Part shown: positions 7,610 to 16,722 of the stretch, one piece after another
Numbering within the stretch: position 1 is the first letter of the stretch
Layout of the letters: every line of letters begins with the position of its first letter
IMG/VR virus record: IMGVR_UViG_3300048672_001051
Location: 1-64,000 of that record
Length of the DNA: 64,000 nucleotides
Reading direction: 5' to 3' (one strand)
Made by a program: the position numbers and the translations under genes
The notes under the pieces: model-generated
What the model saw: only the letters and a program-made list of their open reading frames with translations
The model's database searches: none
Told to the model about the DNA's origin: nothing

Positions 7610-8984
7610 TCGAATAATATCTTTAGATATCGAGACGACTGGACTACAACCAACAGACCATATATGGTCTGTTGGTATTGCTACTCAAGCGACTCGTAAG
7701 AAAGATAGAGAGATATTTTTAAGTGGTATAACACAATCTAAGAGTAAATCAAAAGCTATAGATGACCTGTTTAACTTACACTCAAACTCTTTTGGACTAT
7801 CTCAACTTGAAAGCGGAGCTTTTGAAGCTTTTGGTAAAGCTGCTGAATCATCAAAGACAGCTAGTTTTAACAGTGCTATTAAAGACTTAAGCGACATGGC
7901 TGCACAAGCAGATGTAATGCTAATCCAAAACGTTAATTTTGAAGATAGGTTTTTAAGTAGCCAAATAACTCCAAAAGCTAAACAAATGCTTACAGATAAA
8001 CTTTATTTTGATACACCAAGTAGCCGTCGGAGATTATTCCAAGAGAGTGCTAGTGTTGAAAATGCTAGAGCTTTGACTATGGCTTCAGGGGAGACTCTTC
8101 GTCAAAGTTTAAAAGATGGCTCCGATGTAGACTCTTACATAGTTAAGCATTCACAGGCTAGCCAAGAACTAATGAGCACTATTAGCCAAACAATTACTGA
8201 CGCTAAGTCCGCTGGAAAAATTGCGGTAGTAGATTTGCTAGATATTACTAGAAGTACTTACGCCGTAGCTGCAGAGAAGGGTTTGGTAAATCCTCAGCAT
8301 ATTGGCATGCTTTCCAATATGGATTTTATAACTAGAGGTTTATTAGGCAGGCCTGAGACGCACAGAGCACTAATGGATGGTCAAGATCAGATACATGCTT
8401 ATAACATATTTAAGGATGGCTATGACGAGCTACTTAAAACTGGTAAATTTACACCAGAACTTCAAAAATTAGCTGATAGTGTAGACTCCGGTTTTCATGA
8501 AATAAACTATAACTTTTTAAAGAGTGTTCGAAGCCACATTGAAGATATTGGCGCTAAGGATAAGCCGACAAATGTTAAAGACGCTGTAACTAAAGTGCTT
8601 GGGCGTACAGATCAAATAGACGAAGGCCTAAATGGTTTTGGTCGTGAATCATACGCTACTAGTCTGTTTGGCAAAGATAAGCCCGAGGCTTTAGCACAAG
8701 TTAACGCTGATTTAAAGTTAATCCAAAATGGCGAACATCAAGCTGTAATTGACCAGCACGCTTATGCTGCAGCGGCGGCTAAAAAAGAAAGTAAACTTAC
8801 AACAAAAGGTAAGATAGGCTTAGGAGTAGCCGCTGTTGTTGGGTTAGGAATTGTTTCCACGCTAGGCGATACGAGTAGAAGAGAGCAAAAACATAATACT
8901 TATAATGAGTTATATGATGAACAATATGTCGGTACAGCTTTAGCAGACTGGCAGGATAGAAATAAAAGTCACAGGATGTCTTAA
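7593..8984 (+). CDS. DEDDh (DnaQ-like) 3'-5' exonuclease-domain protein with a C-terminal hydrophobic helix
   Basis: ExoI LDIETTGL, ExoII-like QNVNFE, ExoIII HRALMD; C-terminal IGLGVAAVVGLGIVSTLG. Confidence 0.75.
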   Translation: MATNRDRIISLDIETTGLQPTDHIWSVGIATQATRKKDREIFLSGITQSKSKSKAIDDLFNLHSNSFGLSQLESGAFEAFGKAAESSKTASFNSAIKDLSDMAAQADVMLIQNVNFEDRFLSSQITPKAKQMLTDKLYFDTPSSRRRLFQESASVENARALTMASGETLRQSLKDGSDVDSYIVKHSQASQELMSTISQTITDAKSAGKIAVVDLLDITRSTYAVAAEKGLVNPQHIGMLSNMDFITRGLLGRPETHRALMDGQDQIHAYNIFKDGYDELLKTGKFTPELQKLADSVDSGFHEINYNFLKSVRSHIEDIGAKDKPTNVKDAVTKVLGRTDQIDEGLNGFGRESYATSLFGKDKPEALAQVNADLKLIQNGEHQAVIDQHAYAAAAAKKESKLTTKGKIGLGVAAVVGLGIVSTLGDTSRREQKHNTYNELYDEQYVGTALADWQDRNKSHRMS

Positions 8985-9746
8985 ATGAGTAACAGAGCTA
9001 AATTAGACGAATTACTTACGCTTAACCCAGATCTTAAATTTGACTCTAAACGTTTTGATACTTTAAAAGATAAAGATCAGAAAAAATTATTAAAAATGTT
9101 ATCCAGCGATGCCTCTAAAGGTAATGGTACTTATAAATTTACCGCAGGTGTTAATACAAACTTTGATTCAAAAGGTACAGCTGGCGTTTTAAACAAAGCA
9201 AAAGCTATGGTTAACCACACTATAGGGCCAAGTGCCGTAGAGGCCTACGCAAACTCTTTTGGATTTATGACCTCAGGTCAGCGTGCAATGAGTGCAAACT
9301 CATCAATGCTTGGTAAATTGTCCTACAAAGCAATACCTGCCTTTGGTGCATTTACAGCGCTATCTGGCGCTGTAGACGGTGAAGATCCGTTCGAGTATGT
9401 GGGTGAACAGATGGCCTTTGGTGGTGCTACGCAGGGTTATAGACTCGGCAGCACACTTGGAACTAGTACGATGGGTCGATTCGGTGCAGGCTTAGTTGGA
9501 GGAGCATTTATAGGCGCTGCTGTTTACGGAGGTTTTGCTGCGGCAAAAGACTTATCAAGTAACACTTCAAGTATAGCTAAAGCTGCCAAAAAAATGTACA
9601 CAAAAGAATTAAGTGTCGCATCATTTGACAATGATAAAACCTTAACAATGAGGCAAGCCGCATTAAGTAAGTTGAGTAATAGCGCGATAAACGACAGAGG
9701 ACTACTTTTAGGTAACGAAGCAATGATACTGCGAGGTTCATTATAA
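8985..9746 (+). CDS. Gly/Ala-rich hydrophobic protein, putative virion/ejected protein
   Basis: Glycine-zipper-like segments FGAGLVGGAFIGAAVYGGFAAA and AIPAFGAFTALSGAV; coupled to terL by TAATG. Confidence 0.5.
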   Translation: MSNRAKLDELLTLNPDLKFDSKRFDTLKDKDQKKLLKMLSSDASKGNGTYKFTAGVNTNFDSKGTAGVLNKAKAMVNHTIGPSAVEAYANSFGFMTSGQRAMSANSSMLGKLSYKAIPAFGAFTALSGAVDGEDPFEYVGEQMAFGGATQGYRLGSTLGTSTMGRFGAGLVGGAFIGAAVYGGFAAAKDLSSNTSSIAKAAKKMYTKELSVASFDNDKTLTMRQAALSKLSNSAINDRGLLLGNEAMILRGSL

Positions 9747-11941
9747 TGGCAGCAATTGATCTATTTGAGATGAGTTGGAAAGACTATTTAGAAATTAAAG
9801 GTTTTAATAAACAAAAAGAAGAAACGATGGCAGAGACGTGTAGGAAATGCCGAGAAGATCAACTTAAAAAACATAAAAAAATTACTATAAAATGTACTGG
9901 CGAGCGTACGATAGAGCATGAATTTACTCAGAAGTATGGTGAAAAAACAGCGAAGGCTGTATTAGCTCATTTGCAAGACGACCCGACAGAGATGCTGCAA
10001 GCGTCGTCTGCATACAATCCTTACGATTTTATGCGCGCAAATATTACAGACCCTAAATTGTTTAACCCACGCTGGTACCAAGAGAAAGCTGTACTTTGCT
10101 CTGCGACTAAAAAAGTTTTACGGATGGGTCGTCGCTGTATAGCAAAAGATGAACTTGTACTGATGGCCGATTACAGTTATAAAAAAATTCAAGATATAGA
10201 GCCTGGCGATTATGTAATAAGTAATAAGTATGACAAAGCTACTACACAAATAGTTACACATAAATACAATAACGGTGTTCAGCCGGTGTATGAAGTGCTC
10301 ACAGAGAAAAATCATAAAGTAAGATTAACCGAAGACCATGAAATTTTAACTAAACGAGGCTGGGTGACAATAGCTCAAGGCTTATCTAATGTTGACTATA
10401 TAAGTACTCTAGCCTCAAAAGAGTCTACAGATTATGAGTATTTACGAGTAAAGAGTATAACTCCGATAGGTCTTCAAGAAGTCTACGATATTACAGTTCC
10501 AGGTACTAATAACTTCACTGTAGAAGGACTGACGGTACACAATTGCGGTAAGACATACTCTATGGTTGTTGGTATGTTGCACAACTTACTAACAAAGCCT
10601 GGGTACACAGTACTAATAGCTGCACCGCAAATAACTATGATTGACGAGATAGTTAGCGCTTGCGAAGAAATCTGTAGGCAGCTTAAGACAGAGTATCCTA
10701 TAGTTAGAAATTCTTCTAGCCCTATTATAGAAATTGAGTTTAATAATGGCTCTATAATAAAAGGTGTTACAACAGCCAACGACGCAAAATCTGCTCGTGG
10801 TAAAAGCGCCGATTTGATTTGGCTAGAAGAAGCTGACTTTATTGAAAAGAAGGCCTTAAACTCTATTCTAGGGGTTTTGGCAGATAGGTCAGACATCGAA
10901 CTTTGGGTCTCTTCAACACCAATTGGTGAAAGAAATCTTTACAGTCTAGCTCAAAGACCAGATATAAGAGAATTTCACTATCCAACTTTTGTTGTTCCCC
11001 ACTACGAGTCTGAAAACTTAGACGAGTTTTTCCGTGGAGCAATGACACAGTCTGGTTATGTACAAGAAGTGATGGCTGAGTATGGTGTAGACGTTGATAG
11101 TGTTTTCCAGATCATGTTTATTGAGGAGAGTACTGAACTAGAGCGAGATCCTTACTATTCAGTAGAGAGTGTGTTAGCTAACAGACAGGATTTTATAGTC
11201 TTTATAGGTGTAGATTGGAACCATGATAAAGTTGGTACAAGAATTGTTGTAACAGCTTACTCACGTTCAAGAAATATTTTATTTATTGTTAAGAAAGAGA
11301 AAGTGTCATCAGTTGGTTGGACACAAGCATTAGCTGTGGAGTCTATAGTTAATTTAAACAGATTGTTTGCAGCTGATCATATATATGTAGATGAAGGTTT
11401 TGGTATAGGCCAAGTTACAGAGCTTAGAAAAAAAGGTGTAGAAGCCTATGGTAAAGTTGCAAACGATCATCCAGATTTAAAATTAGAGCAGACTGTATCA
11501 GTGCAATTTGGATCTAGTATAAAAATACATGATCCTATAACTGGTGAAGTTTACAGCAAGCGTGTTAAACAATACATGGTTGAGAATTTATCAAACACGC
11601 TAGAGAAGAAATCTTTATACTTCTCAAGTGTTGAAGATAATGATATAATCATGCAAATGAAGAACTATCTTATAAAAAATGTTTCTGTTAACGGAGCCAA
11701 GTCTTATAGTTTTAGAGATAAGCAAATAGCTGATCACGACTTAGATGCATTTATGTTGACTATCTACGCGTTTAATGTAGAATACGGGGATTATATAAGA
11801 CCACAAAGTCTAGAGTATGCGGCAGGATTTGGCAAAGAATTGCTAGAGCCTGCGCTGAAAATGGATAGTCTTTACGACGCAATTGGTGTATATGTCTCCC
11901 GTACATCAAAATCAAAATTTAAACCAAAACGTAAATGGTAG
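9746..11941 (+). CDS. terL: Terminase large subunit, intein-containing
   Basis: PRWYQ adenine-binding motif, Walker A RMGRR/CGKT split by an intein, Walker B LIWLEEAD, motif III SSTP, nuclease FIGVDWN / YVDEG / DHDLDA. Confidence 0.93.
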   Translation: MAAIDLFEMSWKDYLEIKGFNKQKEETMAETCRKCREDQLKKHKKITIKCTGERTIEHEFTQKYGEKTAKAVLAHLQDDPTEMLQASSAYNPYDFMRANITDPKLFNPRWYQEKAVLCSATKKVLRMGRRCIAKDELVLMADYSYKKIQDIEPGDYVISNKYDKATTQIVTHKYNNGVQPVYEVLTEKNHKVRLTEDHEILTKRGWVTIAQGLSNVDYISTLASKESTDYEYLRVKSITPIGLQEVYDITVPGTNNFTVEGLTVHNCGKTYSMVVGMLHNLLTKPGYTVLIAAPQITMIDEIVSACEEICRQLKTEYPIVRNSSSPIIEIEFNNGSIIKGVTTANDAKSARGKSADLIWLEEADFIEKKALNSILGVLADRSDIELWVSSTPIGERNLYSLAQRPDIREFHYPTFVVPHYESENLDEFFRGAMTQSGYVQEVMAEYGVDVDSVFQIMFIEESTELERDPYYSVESVLANRQDFIVFIGVDWNHDKVGTRIVVTAYSRSRNILFIVKKEKVSSVGWTQALAVESIVNLNRLFAADHIYVDEGFGIGQVTELRKKGVEAYGKVANDHPDLKLEQTVSVQFGSSIKIHDPITGEVYSKRVKQYMVENLSNTLEKKSLYFSSVEDNDIIMQMKNYLIKNVSVNGAKSYSFRDKQIADHDLDAFMLTIYAFNVEYGDYIRPQSLEYAAGFGKELLEPALKMDSLYDAIGVYVSRTSKSKFKPKRKW
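10136..10543 (+). mobile_element. Mini-intein (136 aa) in the TerL Walker A motif
   Basis: CIAKDELV...LTEDHEIL...VYDITV...FTVEGLTVHN followed by CGKT. Confidence 0.93.
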
Positions 11942-11948
11942 CATTAAA

Positions 11949-12383
11949 ATGCCTATAAATGTAATTGATAACATAGATGCAACACATAAAACGTACACAA
12001 ATAATGGTGTTGGTTTATGTTACTTTGATCCACACTCTGAGTCACTACGAGAGTTGTCAGACAATAGCTTAAATATAGCACCTTTTGAAGAGAATGTTAG
12101 ACGTTATTATCTAACAGTAGATACTGATGGCGCTATACCAAGCACTGCAACCCTACACTTCTCTAGTGATGTATACTCACTGGTTGTTAAACACAAAGTG
12201 AAAACATTGAGCGATAGTTTGAGCACAACTTCCGAGTTTACCTCAATACTAGATTCTAACTACACCACAGTATTCTTTGGACAGCACACTACTGACATAA
12301 TTCCAATAGATGTCTATATACAGTCAACTGTGAATGTTAAGTACGGTGGTTCACTATATATTAATATTGATGTGGAGTTTTAA
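11949..12383 (+). CDS. Hypothetical protein (beta-rich, probably structural)
   Basis: ATG 11949 follows the terL stop, avoiding the overlap of the 11883 start. Confidence 0.55.
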   Translation: MPINVIDNIDATHKTYTNNGVGLCYFDPHSESLRELSDNSLNIAPFEENVRRYYLTVDTDGAIPSTATLHFSSDVYSLVVKHKVKTLSDSLSTTSEFTSILDSNYTTVFFGQHTTDIIPIDVYIQSTVNVKYGGSLYINIDVEF

Positions 12384-12385
12384 TA

Positions 12386-12652
12386 TTGACAAACACTATT
12401 ACAGATGAGTCTTTACAGTTATTGTTAATAGACTCTAAGAATGCATCAGAAGCTCTCAAAGCTAAGTTAGCTACTGTTGTAGTGCCTGTTAGTTCAAAGA
12501 CTTTGCCAGACGTTATAAAAGCCATCTCCGAACTCTTCGGAGATGGCTTTATTGACAACCAAGGAAATTCTCAAATTTCCTATGATATGTATTTAGCCTG
12601 CGTAAAATATTTAAGAACAATAGGCGCCCTAAAAGGTGAGGAGTATGTATGA
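12386..12652 (+). CDS. Hypothetical protein
   Basis: TTG start with ggag upstream; ATGA overlap with the next gene. Confidence 0.55.
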   Translation: MTNTITDESLQLLLIDSKNASEALKAKLATVVVPVSSKTLPDVIKAISELFGDGFIDNQGNSQISYDMYLACVKYLRTIGALKGEEYV

Positions 12653-13209
12653 CTAACACATCAGCAGCGATGTTTACAGATCAAGCTGAAGTTATAAGAA
12701 TGCAAAAACAACGTGCAGAGCTGTACACTAGAATATACCAGTATGCTGCTGAGGATTTTACAAGTATAGCTGATTTTCAACAATTTTATAGTTTATCGGC
12801 TGTGTGGATGCAATCTCTTGAAACTCAATTGCAAACACTTATGCAAATAATCTCTGTACACGTTCACGATGTCCCGCCGCACTCACACCCGATTGAACCA
12901 CATACACATATTAGCTCAGCGCCAGGTTCGCCCACTAGTCCAAATATTGGTGGTGTAATCACGATGCCTACTGGTTTAGTTACTAACTTAAGTACAAACA
13001 CGTCTCAGATAGTCTGGCGGCCATTAGCTAAACCTACATTTATTAATACAACTTTAGCTATACCAAATATCGAAGGTAATAAGATAGTAGTAGGTGTTGG
13101 TGCTGAGGGTGATGTATTTCCAGAGCAGCGTAGGCTACGTGTAGCTCCAATATTACTTAAACCTACATTGCCGCCAATAATTAGCAGCGCTTTAAAAGGA
13201 TCTTTATGA
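12649..13209 (+). CDS. Hypothetical virion protein with a triple HxH motif
   Basis: Strong SD (aggtgaggag); helical N-terminus, then HVH..HSH..HTHISSAPGSPTSP. Confidence 0.55.
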   Translation: MTNTSAAMFTDQAEVIRMQKQRAELYTRIYQYAAEDFTSIADFQQFYSLSAVWMQSLETQLQTLMQIISVHVHDVPPHSHPIEPHTHISSAPGSPTSPNIGGVITMPTGLVTNLSTNTSQIVWRPLAKPTFINTTLAIPNIEGNKIVVGVGAEGDVFPEQRRLRVAPILLKPTLPPIISSALKGSL

Positions 13210-15080
13210 TTATAATCGAACCAATTGTAGAAAATACGTCGTCTGGTGAGGCGTTGCAACAACTACAACTTATAGTTAATACATTTACTGACGCCATAGA
13301 AAAAAATAATTGCAACTTAAAATTAGTTATAGGTTTTCACCAACAACTAGATGATGCCATACGAGATGTTGAAGATTTAAATGTAGCTTTGCAACCTGAT
13401 ATTAAAGGTACACTAAAAGCTACGCCGACCTACACTTACTACACGGTAGACCCTAGCAGGTTTATTGATGATGTCATAACAATAAACGACTCTTCTAAGT
13501 ATTTAAAGCAAAAGTGCATTGATTGTAAATTAAGGTTCCCTACTGTGAAATTTGACAACAGACTTAAATTTTCATTTGATAAACTTTTTGAAATAAACAT
13601 AGCCTACTCTAAAATTTTTACAGATTTCCAAAAGCCTAATATCTGTCACTTAGCTTATGCTATGGAGTCTAGTTGCATACCAGATTTAATAAAATTAATA
13701 GCACTACTTTTAAATGCATATATAGCAATACTAGCTTTTAAAAAGCTATCAGGTTTTACTTTAACTGCTTTCATAAAAGGACTTATACTTAGCCTTCTAG
13801 GTAAAATAATTGGAAGCATATCTGTCTCAGTAAACTTTTCAAATACAGGCTTACCTTGCGTGCTTGCTGCTATTGAGAATATTGCGTCAGCTATTCCAAG
13901 CCCTGATAATTTAAGATCACAGATTAGTGCAAACATAAGAGATGAAACTGGATTTTATGCAGACAAGCAAATTGGCAATAATACAGAACTTTTAAGACAA
14001 CTAAATAGTGGTGAAATAGCTCAAGAAGAGTATGATAAAATTATAACTGACTACCAACAGTCGGAAGTTATTGAGAAAAATTACTACAGTAATTTGCAAG
14101 AGTCTGTAGGCACTGGATTAAATAAATCTACTAGTTTTTTAAAAAGCATTGAAGGTAGCGTAAGTGATGTTGAAAATGGTATCTCAGATATATTTAAGTT
14201 TGCAAACGATGTTGTTACAGAAGCTCAAGCAGAATTAAATTCTTTTATTGAATCTATATTTGGAATAATAACTTATTTTGAATGTGAAATCAGCCGAACT
14301 ACTGCAGACTTTACAGTTATTTTAGAACTTGCAACAAAAATAACTAATTTAATAAATGCAATAAGTGCAATAGTTGTTGTTCTAGCTAAAAAACAACTAG
14401 GTGGTAAGCTGTGTAAAGAGACTAGCCTAAATTCTAAATATTCAAATGACACAACAGTTAATTTTACAGCAGAAGATATTAAAGATATTGTACAAGAGTA
14501 TACAGGTGTTATAAGTAAGTTAGAAGATGCAGACGGTATTAGTGTACTAATATACGAGCAGCCAATTAGGCAAATTCTTCCAAAGTTAGATTTATTTAGT
14601 TGTAATTTAGAGGAGTTTACTAAAGGCCATGAGTTAGATAATATTGTAGATGCAGTTGTTAAAGATCTAATTGAATCTGGAGGTAACTCTTCACTTAATC
14701 TTGATAATAATGTTGACGGAGACACCTACACACAGCCAGATAAGCAGTACATACGTAAATTCGACATACCAGGATATACTCCAAGTACTACAGACAGTGA
14801 AGAAGATTATGCAGATGCTGTTAAACAGCAAGCAGAAGAAACCTACTCAAATTATATAACAGAGGTTCGCGAGCTACTTGACTTTATTTACAATAACCCA
14901 TTAAACTCTGTCCAAGACGACTACACAGATAAAGAAGAAGTTACGGCCGAGTCTGATGACATAGTTAATATGTTTAATAACTTGAAAAGTAATAAAGTGA
15001 CTGAGAACTTATCTAATCAACAAAAAGAGTGCCGGGACATTGATGATGTTCTAGCCATGCTTAAAAATTTTACATTCTAA
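13206..15080 (+). CDS. Hypothetical protein with hydrophobic helices and an acidic C-terminus
   Basis: 624-aa ORF coupled by ATGA; LIKLIALLLNAYIAILAF and FIKGLILSLLGKIIG segments; scattered Cys. Confidence 0.6.
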   Translation: MIIIEPIVENTSSGEALQQLQLIVNTFTDAIEKNNCNLKLVIGFHQQLDDAIRDVEDLNVALQPDIKGTLKATPTYTYYTVDPSRFIDDVITINDSSKYLKQKCIDCKLRFPTVKFDNRLKFSFDKLFEINIAYSKIFTDFQKPNICHLAYAMESSCIPDLIKLIALLLNAYIAILAFKKLSGFTLTAFIKGLILSLLGKIIGSISVSVNFSNTGLPCVLAAIENIASAIPSPDNLRSQISANIRDETGFYADKQIGNNTELLRQLNSGEIAQEEYDKIITDYQQSEVIEKNYYSNLQESVGTGLNKSTSFLKSIEGSVSDVENGISDIFKFANDVVTEAQAELNSFIESIFGIITYFECEISRTTADFTVILELATKITNLINAISAIVVVLAKKQLGGKLCKETSLNSKYSNDTTVNFTAEDIKDIVQEYTGVISKLEDADGISVLIYEQPIRQILPKLDLFSCNLEEFTKGHELDNIVDAVVKDLIESGGNSSLNLDNNVDGDTYTQPDKQYIRKFDIPGYTPSTTDSEEDYADAVKQQAEETYSNYITEVRELLDFIYNNPLNSVQDDYTDKEEVTAESDDIVNMFNNLKSNKVTENLSNQQKECRDIDDVLAMLKNFTF

Positions 15081-15093
15081 GGTCTGCTCTTTA

Positions 15094-16713
15094 ATGATTT
15101 TAACAACGAACATAAATAAAACTAATAAAATACAGGATGCCGAAGGTCGGCTATTTAAACTCAAGAGTGGTGAAACACCGATACTGAGTAAACAAGCAAG
15201 AGCAGCCTACAATCAAGAACTATATGGCTACCAACGCTATTTCGAATACGACTTAGCGGAATCCTATAAAATAATGGACACTGAGTCTTTAGTGGCATCC
15301 GCTTTTAAGAAAAAAATAACCCTCATATTAAAAGAGGGTTTTACTTTTAAAAGTAAGATACCTGCAAATGTTACCTATATTAATAAGCGATTATCAGAGA
15401 TTGAATATGTTACCGGTAAAAAGTTTTCAGATATACTATATGATATTGTGCAAGATATGGTTGTTAATCATAATTGTTTTCTACTACAACACCGTTCAAT
15501 AAATTCTTCTACCGGATTGACTAGAGACGCTAGGCAACCACTGGCAGCATTGTATAGACTGATACTTACACAGGTAAGCCCTGTTCGTAACAAGTATAAA
15601 GAAACAATTGCATATAAATACAACATAAGTGATGTCGACTACTACGACGTAGCAGCTAAAGATATGTACCATATTCACTTGTGTAAAAAACCTGGGCTGA
15701 GTATCGGAACGCCGCCACTTGAAGCTGTTCGTGATGATATCTTATCTTTGCGCCAAATTGAAGAGTCGTTAGAGCGTCTCATATATAAGATGGCATCCCC
15801 AATAATACATTGTAAAGTTGGTAGTGACACCAAGCCTGCTGGTAGAATGGCAGACAACACTCCAGAGATAGATTATTATAATCGCCTATTATCTAATATG
15901 GATGAGAACGGTGGTATAACTACTTCCAACCGTGTAGAACTTAAGCTGATAGGTGCTGAGTCACAAGCTCTTAGAATGAGCGAGTATTTAACACACTATA
16001 AAAACAGAGTTTTAAGTGGCCTAAATATATCAGAAGTAGACTTAGGTGTTGGCAGCTCTACTACCGGAGGCGCTGCAGATTTAATCTCTCAAGCTTTAAA
16101 AGAAGATGTAGAGATGTATCAGAAAACTATTGCCAACTTTTTTACAGAGAAATTCTTTAACGATCTTTTATTGGAGTCAAGACGTTATTCTGGACAGACA
16201 ATAATACCTGACGATGAATATGTTAATTTCATGTTCAACACACCAAGTACTGATGTTCGCATCCGAGAAGAATCTCATCTGGCAAATATGGTTAGAAATA
16301 ACTTATTAACTGTAGAGAAGTTTGAGGAGGTTACTGGATATGACGCGCCAGACTATGCGCAAGAGCTATTGAAATTGCCACTACTTAAACTAAGTGAACC
16401 ATCGACTACAAATCAGTCTTTATCAAATACAGCGGAGCCTCAGAATCAGCATACTGCGCCTGAGACAAAAACTATTAAAGATAGTATTAACACATTATTA
16501 GACTCACCTAAAAATTCTGTGACCTTAAGTGATTTTTATTATCTAATTCAAGACGAGTTGACAGGTGTATTAGAAAAAGATACTATACATGAAATTGTAA
16601 CTGAAGCTTACGCTTATTTTAATAAATTTTCGACAAGTGATATTTCAAAAAACACTTTAGCTGAGAATATTACAAAACATATACTAGACCTAGTATTTAA
16701 CAGTATAAAATAG
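15094..16713 (+). CDS. Portal protein
   Basis: Size and position between terL and protease; GTPPLEAVRDDILSLRQIEE, PIIHCKVG, RVLSGL portal-like core. Confidence 0.8.
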   Translation: MILTTNINKTNKIQDAEGRLFKLKSGETPILSKQARAAYNQELYGYQRYFEYDLAESYKIMDTESLVASAFKKKITLILKEGFTFKSKIPANVTYINKRLSEIEYVTGKKFSDILYDIVQDMVVNHNCFLLQHRSINSSTGLTRDARQPLAALYRLILTQVSPVRNKYKETIAYKYNISDVDYYDVAAKDMYHIHLCKKPGLSIGTPPLEAVRDDILSLRQIEESLERLIYKMASPIIHCKVGSDTKPAGRMADNTPEIDYYNRLLSNMDENGGITTSNRVELKLIGAESQALRMSEYLTHYKNRVLSGLNISEVDLGVGSSTTGGAADLISQALKEDVEMYQKTIANFFTEKFFNDLLLESRRYSGQTIIPDDEYVNFMFNTPSTDVRIREESHLANMVRNNLLTVEKFEEVTGYDAPDYAQELLKLPLLKLSEPSTTNQSLSNTAEPQNQHTAPETKTIKDSINTLLDSPKNSVTLSDFYYLIQDELTGVLEKDTIHEIVTEAYAYFNKFSTSDISKNTLAENITKHILDLVFNSIK

Positions 16714-16722
16714 GACTTATAA

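Noticed and set aside
10811-10840. TerL Walker B reading LEE rather than LDE as a sign of inactivation
   Set aside because: W-x-EEA Walker B variants occur in functional terminases; all other motifs are intact.
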